From assembly GCA_035532155.1 (NCBI GenBank), contig DATKRN010000022.1, positions 8,078-72,077 on the forward strand: a stretch of DNA of 64,000 nucleotides, read 5' to 3'. Below, piece after piece: positions 47,666-57,920 of the stretch. The stretch is from Verrucomicrobiia bacterium (GTDB lineage Bacteria; Chloroflexota; Dormibacteria; Aeolococcales; Bog-877). The notes beneath the pieces were generated by a model. The model ran no database searches, was not told where the DNA came from, and saw nothing but the letters and a program-made list of their open reading frames with translations. Position 1 is the first letter of the stretch. Each line of letters opens with the position of its first letter. The translations under genes were made by a program, and so were the position numbers.

Positions 47666-49101
47666 CGCCCGCCGGGCCCACCGGAGCCGCTCGCCCCCCG
47701 ACGGGCCGCGCCGCCTGGCGCCTGCGCGCGGCCGTGACCGCCGGCCGCCTGACCGGCGCCGCGTCACGGTCGCTGGGACAAGGAGGGGGGACGACCCTGC
47801 CCGGGGATGTGGCCCGCGCGATCGACCCCGGGGTCCTCTCGGCGCTCGCCCGGCAGGCCCGCCACGGCACCGTGCTCGTGAGCGGGACCAACGGCAAGAC
47901 CACCACCACCGCCTTGGTGCGCGCCGCCGCCCGCGCCTCCGGGCGCACCGTGGTCGCCAACCCGAGTGGCGCCAACCTCGTCTTCGGGCTGACGGCGGCG
48001 GCGGTCCAGGCGGCGCCACCCAGCGGGAAGCTGGTGGCGGACTGGCTCGTGTTCGAGGTCGACGAACTCAGCCTGCCCCAGGCGGTGGACGAGCTGCAGC
48101 CCCGCTGCCTCACCCTCCTCAACCTCTACCGCGACCAGCTGGACCGCTCCTTTGAACTGCACCAGGTCGCGGCCCGGCTGCAGCGGGCGGTCGAGCACCT
48201 TCCTGCTGGGGCGGTGTGCATCGCCAACGCCGACGATCCCGCTCTCGCCGCTCTCGCCGCGGGAGCGCGCGAGGTGCGCTTCTTCGGGATCGACGACCAC
48301 GCCCTGGCGCGGGACCGGCTGGCTGCCGGTGCCGACGCGCGGCTCTGTCCCCGCTGCGGCGCCGTCCTCCATTTCCGCGCGGTTCTCTATGCCCACTGCG
48401 GGACCTATCACTGTCCCGGGTGCGGGTGGGCGCGGCCGCACCCGGACTGGGCCGCGGAGGGGGTGAGGCTGGCGGGCCTCGAGTCGGTACGGTTCTCGAT
48501 CCACGCCGCCGGCGCCGTGACCGCGATCACGCTGCCGCTCGGCGGGATGTTCAGCGTCGCCAACGGCCTGGCGGCCTTCGCCACCTGCGAGGTGATGGGG
48601 GTGCCCACCTCGACGACTGTCCGCGCCCTCGCCGCCGCGGTGCCGGCCTTCGGACGGGGCGAGCGAATCGAGCTCGAGGGAGGGGCGGTCCGTCTCCTCC
48701 TCGCCAAGAACCCCGCGGGGATGGACGAGGCGCTGCTCGCCGCCGTGGCCGAGCGGCCGGCCGCGATCGCCCTCGGCCTCAACGACGGGATCGCCGACGG
48801 GCGCGACGTCTCCTGGATCTGGGACGCCGACCTTTCCCCGTTGCTGGGCGCCGCCGCCCCCCAGGTGGTGGTGGTCACAGGAACCCGGGCGGCCGACCTC
48901 TGCCTGCGTCTCAAGTACGCCGGACTGCCGCCGGAGCGCATCCGACTCGCCGAGACGCCGGCGGCCGCACTGGACGCCCTGCTGGCGGCGGGCCGGGGGG
49001 CGGGGGCGGCACCTGCCCTGCTGACGTACACCGCCGCTCTCGGCTGGTACGCTGAGCTGACCCGCCGGGGCGCCGTCAGTCCCTACTGGTCGCGAGCGTG
49101 A
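47662..49101 (+). CDS. murT: Lipid II isoglutaminyl synthase subunit MurT (Mur-ligase-family)
   Basis: The GTG at 47662 overlaps the ispE TGA. ...GTVLVSGTNGKTTTTAL... (Mur ligase P-loop). Cys-rich C-x2-C...C-x2-C segment. DUF1727-like C-terminus. Confidence 0.8.
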   Translation: MTPAGPTGAARPPTGRAAWRLRAAVTAGRLTGAASRSLGQGGGTTLPGDVARAIDPGVLSALARQARHGTVLVSGTNGKTTTTALVRAAARASGRTVVANPSGANLVFGLTAAAVQAAPPSGKLVADWLVFEVDELSLPQAVDELQPRCLTLLNLYRDQLDRSFELHQVAARLQRAVEHLPAGAVCIANADDPALAALAAGAREVRFFGIDDHALARDRLAAGADARLCPRCGAVLHFRAVLYAHCGTYHCPGCGWARPHPDWAAEGVRLAGLESVRFSIHAAGAVTAITLPLGGMFSVANGLAAFATCEVMGVPTSTTVRALAAAVPAFGRGERIELEGGAVRLLLAKNPAGMDEALLAAVAERPAAIALGLNDGIADGRDVSWIWDADLSPLLGAAAPQVVVVTGTRAADLCLRLKYAGLPPERIRLAETPAAALDALLAAGRGAGAAPALLTYTAALGWYAELTRRGAVSPYWSRA

Positions 49102-49907
49102 CGGGGCCGCGGCGGCTGCGCCTGGGCCACCTCTACCCGGTCCAGATGAGTCTTTACGGTGACGGGGGCAACATCCTCTGCCTGCGGCAGCGTGCCGCCT
49201 GGCGCGGGTGGACCCTGGAGGTGGTGCCGCTCGGACTGGGCGCCGAGGACGGACGCCGAGCCGCCACCTGCGACGGCTTCTTCTTCGGGGGCGGGCAGGA
49301 CCGCGACCAGGCCCGGGTGGCCGACGACCTGCTCGCCTTCAAGGCCGGTCCCCTGGGTGCCGCGGTGGCGACGGGCCGGCCCCTGCTGGCGGTGTGCGGC
49401 GGCTACCAGATGCTGGGGACCCACTACCGCACCCTGGAGGGCGTGGTCGTCCCGGGGCTGGGCCTGCTCGACCTGCACACGATCGCCGGACGTCGCCGCG
49501 CAGTTGGGAATGTCGTGGTGGCGCCGGACCCTGCCCTGGGCGGGGGGACGCTGCTGGTCGGGTTCGAGAACCACAGTGGCCGCACCTTTCTCGGCCCCCG
49601 ACTTCGGCCGCTGGGGCGCACGGTGGTGGGCGCCGGCAACAACGGCGTCGACAGCGGGGAGGGCGTCCTCGCTGGCAGCGTCATCGGCACCTACCTCCAC
49701 GGGCCGCTGCTGCCCCGCAATCCCGACCTCGCCGACTGGTGGCTCGCCCGCGCGATCGCCCCGGGAGATCCCCAGCCGCTGCTCCTCCTCGACGACACCG
49801 CCGAGCGGGTGGCCCGGGAGCGCGCGGTGCGCCAGGCGCACCGGGAGCGGAGCGGGTGGCGCCGGGCCGGGTGGCGCCGGGCGGTCAGAATCCGGCCGGG
49901 ACGGTGA
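49098..49907 (+). CDS. gatD: Glutamine amidotransferase GatD (CobQ/CobB-type), partner of MurT
   Basis: The GTG overlaps the murT TGA. ...LLAVCGGYQMLG... (catalytic Cys) and ...YLHGPLL... (His). Confidence 0.8.
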   Translation: MTGPRRLRLGHLYPVQMSLYGDGGNILCLRQRAAWRGWTLEVVPLGLGAEDGRRAATCDGFFFGGGQDRDQARVADDLLAFKAGPLGAAVATGRPLLAVCGGYQMLGTHYRTLEGVVVPGLGLLDLHTIAGRRRAVGNVVVAPDPALGGGTLLVGFENHSGRTFLGPRLRPLGRTVVGAGNNGVDSGEGVLAGSVIGTYLHGPLLPRNPDLADWWLARAIAPGDPQPLLLLDDTAERVARERAVRQAHRERSGWRRAGWRRAVRIRPGR

Positions 49908-50913
49908 GCGGATGCGCCGACGAGCCGGTCAACTGGGACAGCGGCCGGGAGCGGGTGGGAGCCGTGATGCTGGGCACCCTGCCGTAGTCGAACCAGTGCA
50001 TGGCGAGCGTGACCGCGATCCCGAGCGTGCCGCTCGGGATCGCCGGCGAAGGGAGGGCCGGCGAGGGGGTGGAAGCCGCGGCGGTCGGGCGAGCGGACGC
50101 GCTCGGCGCGGGGGCCAGCGACCGCAGCACCTGGCCGATGGTGCTGAGGTTGAGGGTGCCACCTGCGGTGGCCTCCACTCGATCGAGCCGACCCGTCGCG
50201 CGCGCTACCCACAGGTCCACTCCCAGCGCGGGGCTGGCGACGGCGCCGGGGAGCAGCGCCAGGTCGGGCCGGAGCGCCTCGGCGCCCGGCAGCAAGCCCA
50301 GCCCCGCGAGCGCCTGCTGCCAGAAGCGGGAGAGGGAGGCCGCCGTGGCGGCCCCGGCGTAGTGCTGGGTGGCGACGCCATCGGTGGTCGCGGGCCCGAG
50401 GTCGCGCAGCGGGACCAGCGACGGGGCCTCGGTGGCGAGCCGCTGCACCAGCGCGAGCACCGCCTGCACCCCCCCCCGGCTCCGGGACGGGACAGTCGCC
50501 CGGTACCAGGGACCGCCGGGGAGCGACAGGTACCCCACCCCCTGCACCCACTCGACCTGGACCGCCGGGACGCCGAGGGCGGGCACCGAGATGGTCGCCT
50601 CCGCGGTCTGCGCCCCGGCCTTGACCCCGGTGATGTCGATGCTGAGGTGATCCCCGATCCGCGCCAGCTGGGCGCGGGCCGCTGGCGACAGCCCGAGCAG
50701 GCCCGCCGGGTCGAGGCTCACGGTCACGGCGGCGGAGTAGCGGTAGGTGAGCGCGAGCACCTGCCGGTCGGCGGCGGCGACCACGTGCCGGGGACTGCGC
50801 GCTCCCACCCGGGACGGCCCGGCCGCCGGGCCGCAGGCGGCCAGGGGGATCGCCACCAGGACCGCGGCCATCGCCACCGCCCGGACCCCCGCGCGACCGG
50901 AACGCGCTTGCAT
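49885..50913 (-). CDS. Hypothetical lipoprotein
   Basis: The ATG at 50913 gives MQARSGRAGVRAVAMAAVLVAIPLAACG (lipobox), followed by a Pro/Ala-rich C-terminal half. Confidence 0.5.
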   Translation of the reverse strand: MQARSGRAGVRAVAMAAVLVAIPLAACGPAAGPSRVGARSPRHVVAAADRQVLALTYRYSAAVTVSLDPAGLLGLSPAARAQLARIGDHLSIDITGVKAGAQTAEATISVPALGVPAVQVEWVQGVGYLSLPGGPWYRATVPSRSRGGVQAVLALVQRLATEAPSLVPLRDLGPATTDGVATQHYAGAATAASLSRFWQQALAGLGLLPGAEALRPDLALLPGAVASPALGVDLWVARATGRLDRVEATAGGTLNLSTIGQVLRSLAPAPSASARPTAAASTPSPALPSPAIPSGTLGIAVTLAMHWFDYGRVPSITAPTRSRPLSQLTGSSAHPLTVPAGF

Positions 50914-50999
50914 CTCGGACCATCCTACCCCACCATCGGAGAGCACCCCGGCGGGCGGCCGACACCGGTCGGATCGTCCCCCCCTCTGGAGAGACACCG

Positions 51000-53099
51000 A
51001 TGCAGACGCAGGCGGCCGGCGCTGTCGGCGTCACCCCGGACGCCATCGACGACCCGGCCAGCTACCTCAACCGCGAGCTGAGCTGGCTGGACTTCAACGC
51101 CCGCGTGCTGGCGGAGGCGCAGGATCCGCGCGTCCCGCTGCTGGAACGGCTCCGCTTCATCGCGATCACGGCGAACAATCTCGACGAGTTCTACATGGTG
51201 CGGGTGGCCGGCCTCAAGCGCCAGGCGGCCGAGCGCGTCCAGGCGACCCACGCCGACGCCATGCCCGCACACGACCAGCTGGCGGCGATCCGCGAACGGT
51301 CCGCTGTGATGGTGGCCGAGCAGATGCGCTGCCTCACCGAGGAGCTCGCCCCCCAACTCGCGGCCCGGAGCATCCGCCTGATCCTCCCCGACATCCCGCT
51401 GACCGACGCCGAGGCCCGCGCCTGCCGCGAGTACTTCGACCGCCAGCTGTATCCCCTGCTCACCCCGCTGGCAGTGGACCCGGCCCACCCCTTCCCTTAC
51501 CTCAGCAACCTCTCGCTCTCGCTGGCGGTCCTGCTGCGGGATCCTGATGAGAGGACCACCCACTTCGCCCGGGTCAAGGTCCCCTCAGCGGTGCCGCGCT
51601 TCTTCTGTCTGCCCGACCGCACCGCCTTCATCCCGCTGGAGCGGATCATCGCGGACCACCTCGCCGAGCTCTTTCCGGGGATGGCGATCCTGGCCCACTC
51701 CGAGTTCCGGGTCACCCGAGACGCCGACCTCGACGTGGACGAGGACGAGCCCAATCTCCTCTCCGCGATCGAGCAGGAGCTGCGCGAGCGCCGGTTCGGG
51801 GCGATCGCGCGGCTGGAGGTCGCCGCCAGCATTCCGGCGGAGATCCGGACCATGCTCCAGGACGAGCTCGAGCTCGAAGAGGACGACATCCAAGCGGTCG
51901 AGGGGCTCTTGGATTGCACCGGACTCGAGAGCGTGCTGGCGCGACTCGAGCGACCGGAGCTGTCCTACCCTCGCTTTACCCCGTCGACGCCGCCGCGGGT
52001 GCTCACGGTCCAGGATCAGGACACCGACCTATTCGCGATCCTGCGGCGGGGGGACCTGTTCGTCCACCATCCCTACGACTCCTTCGCCGCGACCACCGAG
52101 CGCTTCATCGACCAGGCGTCGCGCGACCCGCGCGTGGTGGCGATCAAGCAGACGCTCTACCGCACCAGCGGAGACACCCCGATCATCGACGCCCTGACGC
52201 GGGCCGCCGAGGACGGCAAGCAGGTGGTGGTGCTGGTGGAGATCAAAGCCCGCTTCGACGAGCAGAACAACATCCGCTGGGCGCGCCAGCTGGAGCGGGT
52301 GGGTGCCCACGTCGCCTATGGAGTTGCCGGCCTCAAGACCCACGCCAAGCTGTCCTTGGTGGTGCGCCAGGAGGAGACCGGCGTCCACCACTACGCCCAC
52401 ATCGGCACGGGGAACTACAACGCGCTCACCGCCCGGCTCTACACCGACTTCGGCCTGCTCACCGCCGACCCCCGCCTGACGGGCGAGATCGCCGATGTCT
52501 TCAACTACCTCACCGGCTACTCCCGCAAGCGCGACTACACCGAGCTCTGGGTGGCGCCCATCAACGTGATGGAGCACCTGGAGACCGCGATCGACCAGGA
52601 GATCGCGCACCAGCGCGCCGGCCGGCCCGCCGGGATCCTGATCAAGGTCAATGCCATCGCCGACGAGCGCGCCATCCGGGCGCTCTACCGGGCCTCCTCC
52701 GCAGGCGTGCCGATTCGGGTGCTCGCGCGCGGCATCTGCGCGCTGGTGCCGGGGGTCCCCGGACTCAGCGAGACGATCGAGGTCCACAGCGTGATCGGGC
52801 GCTTCCTGGAGCACTCGCGCGCCTTCGTCTTCACCGCCGGCGGCGAACCCACCTGCTACGTCGGGTCCGCCGACCTGCTCGGCCGCAACCTCTACCGCCG
52901 GGTCGAGTGCGTGATCCCGGTGCGCGACCCCGCCGCCGCCGCGGAGTTGCGCCAGGTCCTGGAGCTCTACTGGGCCGACCGCCGCCAGAGCTGGCGGCTG
53001 GGATCGGACCGGCGCTGGGTCCGCATCGACCCGCTCACGACAGCTCCCGGCGTGCAGGAACGGCTGGTGGAGCGCGTCCGCGCCCGCCCGCTCCCATGA
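51000..53099 (+). CDS. ppk1: Polyphosphate kinase 1
   Basis: 699 aa. N-terminal ...YLNRELSWLDFNARVLAEA..., and two PLD-like HKD domains (...HAKLSLVVR..., ...HSRAFVF...). Confidence 0.9.
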   Translation: MQTQAAGAVGVTPDAIDDPASYLNRELSWLDFNARVLAEAQDPRVPLLERLRFIAITANNLDEFYMVRVAGLKRQAAERVQATHADAMPAHDQLAAIRERSAVMVAEQMRCLTEELAPQLAARSIRLILPDIPLTDAEARACREYFDRQLYPLLTPLAVDPAHPFPYLSNLSLSLAVLLRDPDERTTHFARVKVPSAVPRFFCLPDRTAFIPLERIIADHLAELFPGMAILAHSEFRVTRDADLDVDEDEPNLLSAIEQELRERRFGAIARLEVAASIPAEIRTMLQDELELEEDDIQAVEGLLDCTGLESVLARLERPELSYPRFTPSTPPRVLTVQDQDTDLFAILRRGDLFVHHPYDSFAATTERFIDQASRDPRVVAIKQTLYRTSGDTPIIDALTRAAEDGKQVVVLVEIKARFDEQNNIRWARQLERVGAHVAYGVAGLKTHAKLSLVVRQEETGVHHYAHIGTGNYNALTARLYTDFGLLTADPRLTGEIADVFNYLTGYSRKRDYTELWVAPINVMEHLETAIDQEIAHQRAGRPAGILIKVNAIADERAIRALYRASSAGVPIRVLARGICALVPGVPGLSETIEVHSVIGRFLEHSRAFVFTAGGEPTCYVGSADLLGRNLYRRVECVIPVRDPAAAAELRQVLELYWADRRQSWRLGSDRRWVRIDPLTTAPGVQERLVERVRARPLP

Positions 53100-53103
53100 T
53101 CGC

Positions 53104-53514
53104 ATGACGATCGCGGAGGCGCTCGACTTTCTGCGCCAGCATCCACGCGCGGTTTTGGCCACGGTGCGCCGGGATGGGGGCCCGCAGCTGTCCCCGGTGG
53201 TGGCAGCCGTGGATGACGACGCGAGCGTGCTGGTCAGCACCCGGGAGACCGCGGTGAAGACCCGCAACGTCGCGCGCCGGCCGATGGCAAGCCTGCTGGT
53301 GCTGACGGAGAGCTTCTTCGGCGCCTGGGCGACGATCGAGGGCGCGGTCACGGTGGAGCGTCTGCCCGAGGCGCTCTCGACCCTGGAGCGCTACTACCGG
53401 CTGGTGCGGGGGGAGCACCCGAACTGGGAGGAGTACCGCCGCGCGATGAAGCAGGAACGGCGGGTGATCCTGCGGCTGCGCCCCACCGCGGCCGGCCCGA
53501 GGCAGCTGGGCTGA
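53104..53514 (+). CDS. PPOX-class (pyridoxamine 5'-phosphate oxidase-like) F420/FMN-binding split-barrel protein
   Basis: ...HPRAVLATVRRDGGPQLSPV... pattern. Confidence 0.65.
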   Translation: MTIAEALDFLRQHPRAVLATVRRDGGPQLSPVVAAVDDDASVLVSTRETAVKTRNVARRPMASLLVLTESFFGAWATIEGAVTVERLPEALSTLERYYRLVRGEHPNWEEYRRAMKQERRVILRLRPTAAGPRQLG

Positions 53515-53555
53515 GCGGGCGGATCGCCCCCGGCTCCGGGGGTGCTCCCGATCCG

Positions 53556-54311
53556 ATGACCCAGGTGGGGGCCGCGGCAGCGGCCCTGATCCCGCCCGGG
53601 ATCTGCCTCGGGATCGGCTCCGGGCGGACCGTCGCCAGCTTCCTGGGTGCGCTGGCTCCCCGGATCGCGGCGGGGCTTGGGGTGGCCGGAGTGTGCGCCT
53701 CGCTCGCGTCCGAGGAGCTGGCCCGCCAGGCAGGGGTGGAGGTCATCGATGGGGTGAGGACCCCGCTCGACCTCGACATCGACGGGGCCGACGAGATCGA
53801 CTCGGAACTGGGATGCCTCAAGGGCGGGGGGGGGGCGCTGCTGCGCGAGAAGGTGATCGCGGTCAACAGCCGTCGGCTCTGGATCCTTGTCACCAGCGAC
53901 AAGCGGGTAGCCCGGCTGGGCTCCGCCCGACCGCTCCCGGTGGAAGTGCTCCCCTTCGGCTGGGAGTGGACGGCTGAGCGGCTGCGCGACCTCGGCCTGG
54001 AGCCGGCCCGACGCGGCGGTGAGCACCCGCTGCGGACCGACAACGGCAATTTCGTGCTCGACTGCACGTCGGTCGGGGGTCTGCCCGACCCGGCCGGCCT
54101 GGATCGCTCGCTCAGCGGGGTGCCCGGCGTGGTGGGACATGGGCTGTTCCTGAAGCTCGCCACCGCCGCGCTGGTCGCCGACGGGGAGCAGGTGACCCGG
54201 CTCGGTGATCTCGATGCCCGCCGTGGGGCCCCGGCTGCTCGGAGCGACCCCGTCAGCGGTCCTGCGGGTCGGCCGTCCCCCGACCACGCCACCGACCCAG
54301 ACCCCAGCTGA
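53556..54311 (+). CDS. rpiA: Ribose-5-phosphate isomerase A
   Basis: ...IGIGSGRTVA...DGADEID...LKGGGGALLREK.... Has a ~40-aa C-terminal tail overlapping the convergent gene. Confidence 0.8.
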   Translation: MTQVGAAAAALIPPGICLGIGSGRTVASFLGALAPRIAAGLGVAGVCASLASEELARQAGVEVIDGVRTPLDLDIDGADEIDSELGCLKGGGGALLREKVIAVNSRRLWILVTSDKRVARLGSARPLPVEVLPFGWEWTAERLRDLGLEPARRGGEHPLRTDNGNFVLDCTSVGGLPDPAGLDRSLSGVPGVVGHGLFLKLATAALVADGEQVTRLGDLDARRGAPAARSDPVSGPAGRPSPDHATDPDPS

Positions 54312-54774
54312 GCGCGAGCGGCACCCCGACCGCGCCGAGCGCGGTCAGCACCGCGATCCCGTTGGGAAGCTGGCGGCTGCTCTCCATCCCGATGAAGGAG
54401 AACACGGCCGCCAGCACCGACGCCACCACCACGATCACAAAGGCGATCCAGAAGACCAGCAGCTGGTGCTCTTCGCGGCTGAGCAGGAAGCCCGGCCAGC
54501 GTCCCCGAATGAATCGATAGACGTACACGCCGGTGAGCCCGTTGAGGGCCAGGCTGCTGATGAAGGCGCTGATCGCGATCCCCAACCGGAAGGCGCCCAG
54601 GTGGAGGATCACCCAGGCGGACGCGTTCACGACCAGCAGTCCCACCGGGGTGGCGAGGCCGATGATCGGCAGGACGCAGGTACGGCGGTCCTGAGGCAGG
54701 GGGACGTAGAGGCCGCCACCGACCCCGCGCCGGGCACGCCGTCCCGGCTGACGGTCCGGCCCCTGCTGCTTCAT
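54253..54774 (-). CDS. Hypothetical membrane protein (4 TM)
   Basis: ORF 54253..54774 hydropathy. Function unknown. Confidence 0.4.
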   Translation of the reverse strand: MKQQGPDRQPGRRARRGVGGGLYVPLPQDRRTCVLPIIGLATPVGLLVVNASAWVILHLGAFRLGIAISAFISSLALNGLTGVYVYRFIRGRWPGFLLSREEHQLLVFWIAFVIVVVASVLAAVFSFIGMESSRQLPNGIAVLTALGAVGVPLALSWGLGRWRGRGTADPQDR

Positions 54775-54903
54775 CGCGCCCGCGTGGCCCCCATGCGGCG
54801 TCGCCGGCCCGGCGCCGGGCCGGGGCCCGGGCGGTCACCCACAGCCTACGGGAGCGCGCGGACGGACCCCGGTCCGCCCGCGCGGGGATGATGGCGAGAA
54901 CCG

Positions 54904-56079
54904 ATGGACCCGCTCGATCTCGTCGTGCTCGTCTTGCTGGTGCTGGCGGCCGGTGCCGGGCACCGCCGCGGCCTCTCCCTGGTGGGCATGTCCCTGGTCG
55001 GCCTGCTCGCCGGGGTCGCCGCCGGGGCGATGCTCGCCACGGTGGTTCCGATGCACCTTAGCGGGCTCTCGGTGACGGCGCGGTCGGCGGTGGCGATCGG
55101 ACTGCTAGTGGGGGGAGCCATGATCGGCAACGCGGCCGGGGGTGTGATCGGCGTGCGCCTCAGACGCTCGGCGCTTCGCACCCCGCTGGGACGGCTGGAC
55201 TCCTGGCTGGGGTCCGCCGCCGGAGCGGCCGCGACCCTACTCCTCGTCTGGCTGCTCGGACTGGTCTTCTCCACTGGTCCGATCGCCCCGCTCAGCGCGC
55301 AGATCCAGGGGTCCGTGATCCTGCGGAGCCTGGACGCCCACGTCCCGCGACCTCCCGGCGTCTTCGCCGCGCTCCAGCAGCTGCTCGCCGGGGTGCCGTT
55401 CCCCGAGGTGTTCGTGAACCTGGTGCCGTCCCTGCCGGGCCCGGTGCCGCTCCCCGGCAGCCTGCTGGCACACCCGGGCGTCCGCCAGGGCATCGCCGCC
55501 ACCGTGCGGGTGGTCAGCAGCGGCTGCGGGGGCATCGAGGAAGGCAGCGGCTTTCCGATCGCGCCGGATCGGATCCTCACCAACGCCCATGTGGTGGCCG
55601 GATCCACCTTGGTCGCGGTCCAGCCGCCGACGGGGGGCACGCTGAGCGCCACCGTGGTCCTGTTCGACCCCCGGCGTGACCTGGCGGTCCTGCGCGTGCC
55701 CGGCCTCGACCTCGCCCCGCTGCGGTTCGCGCCGGACCGGGGCCGGGGCAGCAGCGGCGCCGTGATCGGCTACCCCGGAGGTGGCCCGGAGCGGGCGGTG
55801 CCGGCGGCGGTGCGGGGCACCCTCGACGCGGTGGGCCGGGACATCTACGCGGCAGCGATCGTGACGCGCCAGATCGAGGTGCTGGACGCCCAGATCCGTC
55901 CCGGCAACTCGGGGGGGCCCTTCCTCTCCCCGGGCGGGCGCGTCCTGGGAGTGGTCTTCGCCAAGTCGACGGTGACCCCCGATCTCGGTTTTGCCCTCAG
56001 CAGCCGCGAGGTGGAACCCGATGTCCGCGGGGCCGGCCGGCGCCGCCGCCCGGTGTCCACCCAGGGGTGCGTGTCCTGA
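54904..56079 (+). CDS. MarP-family membrane-anchored serine protease (CvpA-like TM domain plus trypsin-like S1 domain)
   Basis: Four N-terminal TM helices, then ...RVVSSGCGGIEEGSGFPIAPDRILTNAHVV...DLAVLRV...GNSGGPF... (His/Asp/Ser triad). Confidence 0.75.
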   Translation: MDPLDLVVLVLLVLAAGAGHRRGLSLVGMSLVGLLAGVAAGAMLATVVPMHLSGLSVTARSAVAIGLLVGGAMIGNAAGGVIGVRLRRSALRTPLGRLDSWLGSAAGAAATLLLVWLLGLVFSTGPIAPLSAQIQGSVILRSLDAHVPRPPGVFAALQQLLAGVPFPEVFVNLVPSLPGPVPLPGSLLAHPGVRQGIAATVRVVSSGCGGIEEGSGFPIAPDRILTNAHVVAGSTLVAVQPPTGGTLSATVVLFDPRRDLAVLRVPGLDLAPLRFAPDRGRGSSGAVIGYPGGGPERAVPAAVRGTLDAVGRDIYAAAIVTRQIEVLDAQIRPGNSGGPFLSPGGRVLGVVFAKSTVTPDLGFALSSREVEPDVRGAGRRRRPVSTQGCVS

Positions 56080-56096
56080 CCGCCGGCCTGGCGGAG

Positions 56097-56155
56097 TAAC
56101 TAGACAGACTAGTGAGATAGCCTACGAAGGTAGTCTATCGAGGTAGACTGGGGCG
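56097..56155. promoter_or_regulatory. AT-richer intergenic region with repeated TAGAC/AGTCTA half-sites, including the perfect inverted repeat AGTCTA-N6-TAGACT. Candidate MarR operator/promoter.
   Basis: Read directly at 56101-56149, immediately upstream of the MarR start. Confidence 0.3.
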
Positions 56156-56652
56156 TGGACACGCTGATCCCGCCGGGCGACAAGGGAGCGGCACCCGCCG
56201 CCCCGCCTCCGCCAGCCCCCCGCCGCCCGGCCGGGGTGGCGGCTCTCGCGGACGAGCTGCGCCCGGTGCTGGTTCGGCTCGGGCGCCGGCTCCGCCAGGA
56301 GCCGGTGGTGCCCGGGCTGGGGGCGTCGCATGCCGCGGTGCTGGGCGCGCTCGGGCACGGACCGATCACGGTCGGGGAGCTGGCCGCTCGGGAGCAGATG
56401 CGGGTTCCGTCGATCATCGTGCTCCTGTCCCAGCTGGAGGCCCGGGGCCTGGTCCGGCGCGGCCCCGACCCCAGCGACGGACGCCGGGTGTGGATCACGC
56501 GCACCGAGGACGGCGACCGCCTGGCGCTGGCGGCGCGACGCGCGCGCACCGCCTGGCTGGCGGCCCAGCTGCAGCGGCTGACCCGATCCGAGCGACTGCT
56601 GGTGGCGCAGGCGCTGCCGGCCCTCGAGCGGCTGCTCGCCGACGAGGTCTGA
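56155..56652 (+). CDS. MarR family transcriptional regulator
   Basis: Winged-helix region ...ITVGELAAREQMRVPSIIVLLSQLEARGLVRR...DGRRVWITRTEDG.... Confidence 0.8.
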   Translation: MDTLIPPGDKGAAPAAPPPPAPRRPAGVAALADELRPVLVRLGRRLRQEPVVPGLGASHAAVLGALGHGPITVGELAAREQMRVPSIIVLLSQLEARGLVRRGPDPSDGRRVWITRTEDGDRLALAARRARTAWLAAQLQRLTRSERLLVAQALPALERLLADEV

Positions 56653-56655
56653 GGG

Positions 56656-57902
56656 TGGCCCTGCGCGACGTCGGACAGCGCACCTTCCTCGCCCTGGGCA
56701 CCTACAACTACCGCCTCTTCTTCGCCGGGCAGCTGGTGTCGGTGACCGGCAGCTGGATGCAGACGACGGCCCAGGCGTGGCTGATCCTGCAGCTGACCCA
56801 CTCGCCGTTCATGCTGGGGCTGCTCATCACCGTGCAGTTCCTGCCGGTCTCGGTGGCCGGCCCGCTGGGCGGCATCGTCGCCGACCGGCTGCCCAAGCGC
56901 ACCGTCCTGATCGGGACCCAGAGCGCCTTCGCGGTGGCGGCGGCCGTGCTCGCCGGCCTGACCTGGGCCGGCCACCCCCACCCCATGCTCATCTTCGTCA
57001 TCGTCTTCGCCTTCGGGGTCATCAACGTGGTCGACGGGCCTACCCGCCAGGCCTTCGTGACCGAGATGGTGGGCCGGCCCCAGCTCTCCAATGCGGTGGC
57101 GCTCAATTCGCTGGTCTTCAACTCGGCCCGGGTGGTGGGTCCGGCGGTGGCGGGCGTGCTGATCGGCACCACCGGCGTGGCCTGGTGCTTCACCCTCAAC
57201 GCCGCCTCCTACCTGGCCGTGATCGTCGGCATCTGGCTGATCCGGAGCGACCAGCTGCACCGCCCGGTTCCCGCGCGCCCCACGCCGAGCGGGGCGCTGC
57301 GCCAGCTCCGCGAAGCCCTGGTGTACGTGCGCCAGACTCCCGATCTCGGGCTCGCGATCGGGCTCGCCGCGGTGGTCTCGACGTTCACTCTCAACTTCTC
57401 CATCTTCCTGCCGGCACTGGCCCGGGAGACCCTCAAGGTGGGAGCCACCGGCTACGGACTGCTGAGCGCGGCGCTCGGAGTGGGCGCGCTCGCGGCCGCG
57501 CTCGCGGTCGCCTACCGAGGGCGGGCCGACTGGCGCGGGCTGCTCACCGGCTGCGCGACCCTGGGCGTGTTCATGGTGCTCGCCGGCCGGGCTCCCACCC
57601 TGCCCCTGGCGATGATCTGCCTGGCGCTGACCGGCGCCGGCATGATCACCTACACGGCGATGACCAACAGCCTCATCCAGCTGCGCACCCCGGCCCACCT
57701 GCGCGGGCGGGTGATGGGCCTCTACCTGTGGATCTTCCTCGGGACCGCCCCGATCGGGAGCCTCGCGACCGGAGCGGTCGAGCAGGCGGGGGGCGCCCCC
57801 CTGGGAATGGCGGTGGGAGGCCTGCTCGCGGTCGGCACGGCTTTGGCCGGGGTGCTGCTGCTGGCGCGTCGCCGGCGCGCGCCACTGCGCTTCGCCGCCT
57901 GA
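56656..57902 (+). CDS. MFS transporter (efflux type), downstream of MarR
   Basis: The GTG at 56656 is just after the MarR stop. 12 TM. The in-frame upstream part of ORF 56490..57902 overlaps marR and is an artefact. Confidence 0.75.
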
Positions 57903-57920
57903 CCTCGGCGGAGCCGGCGC

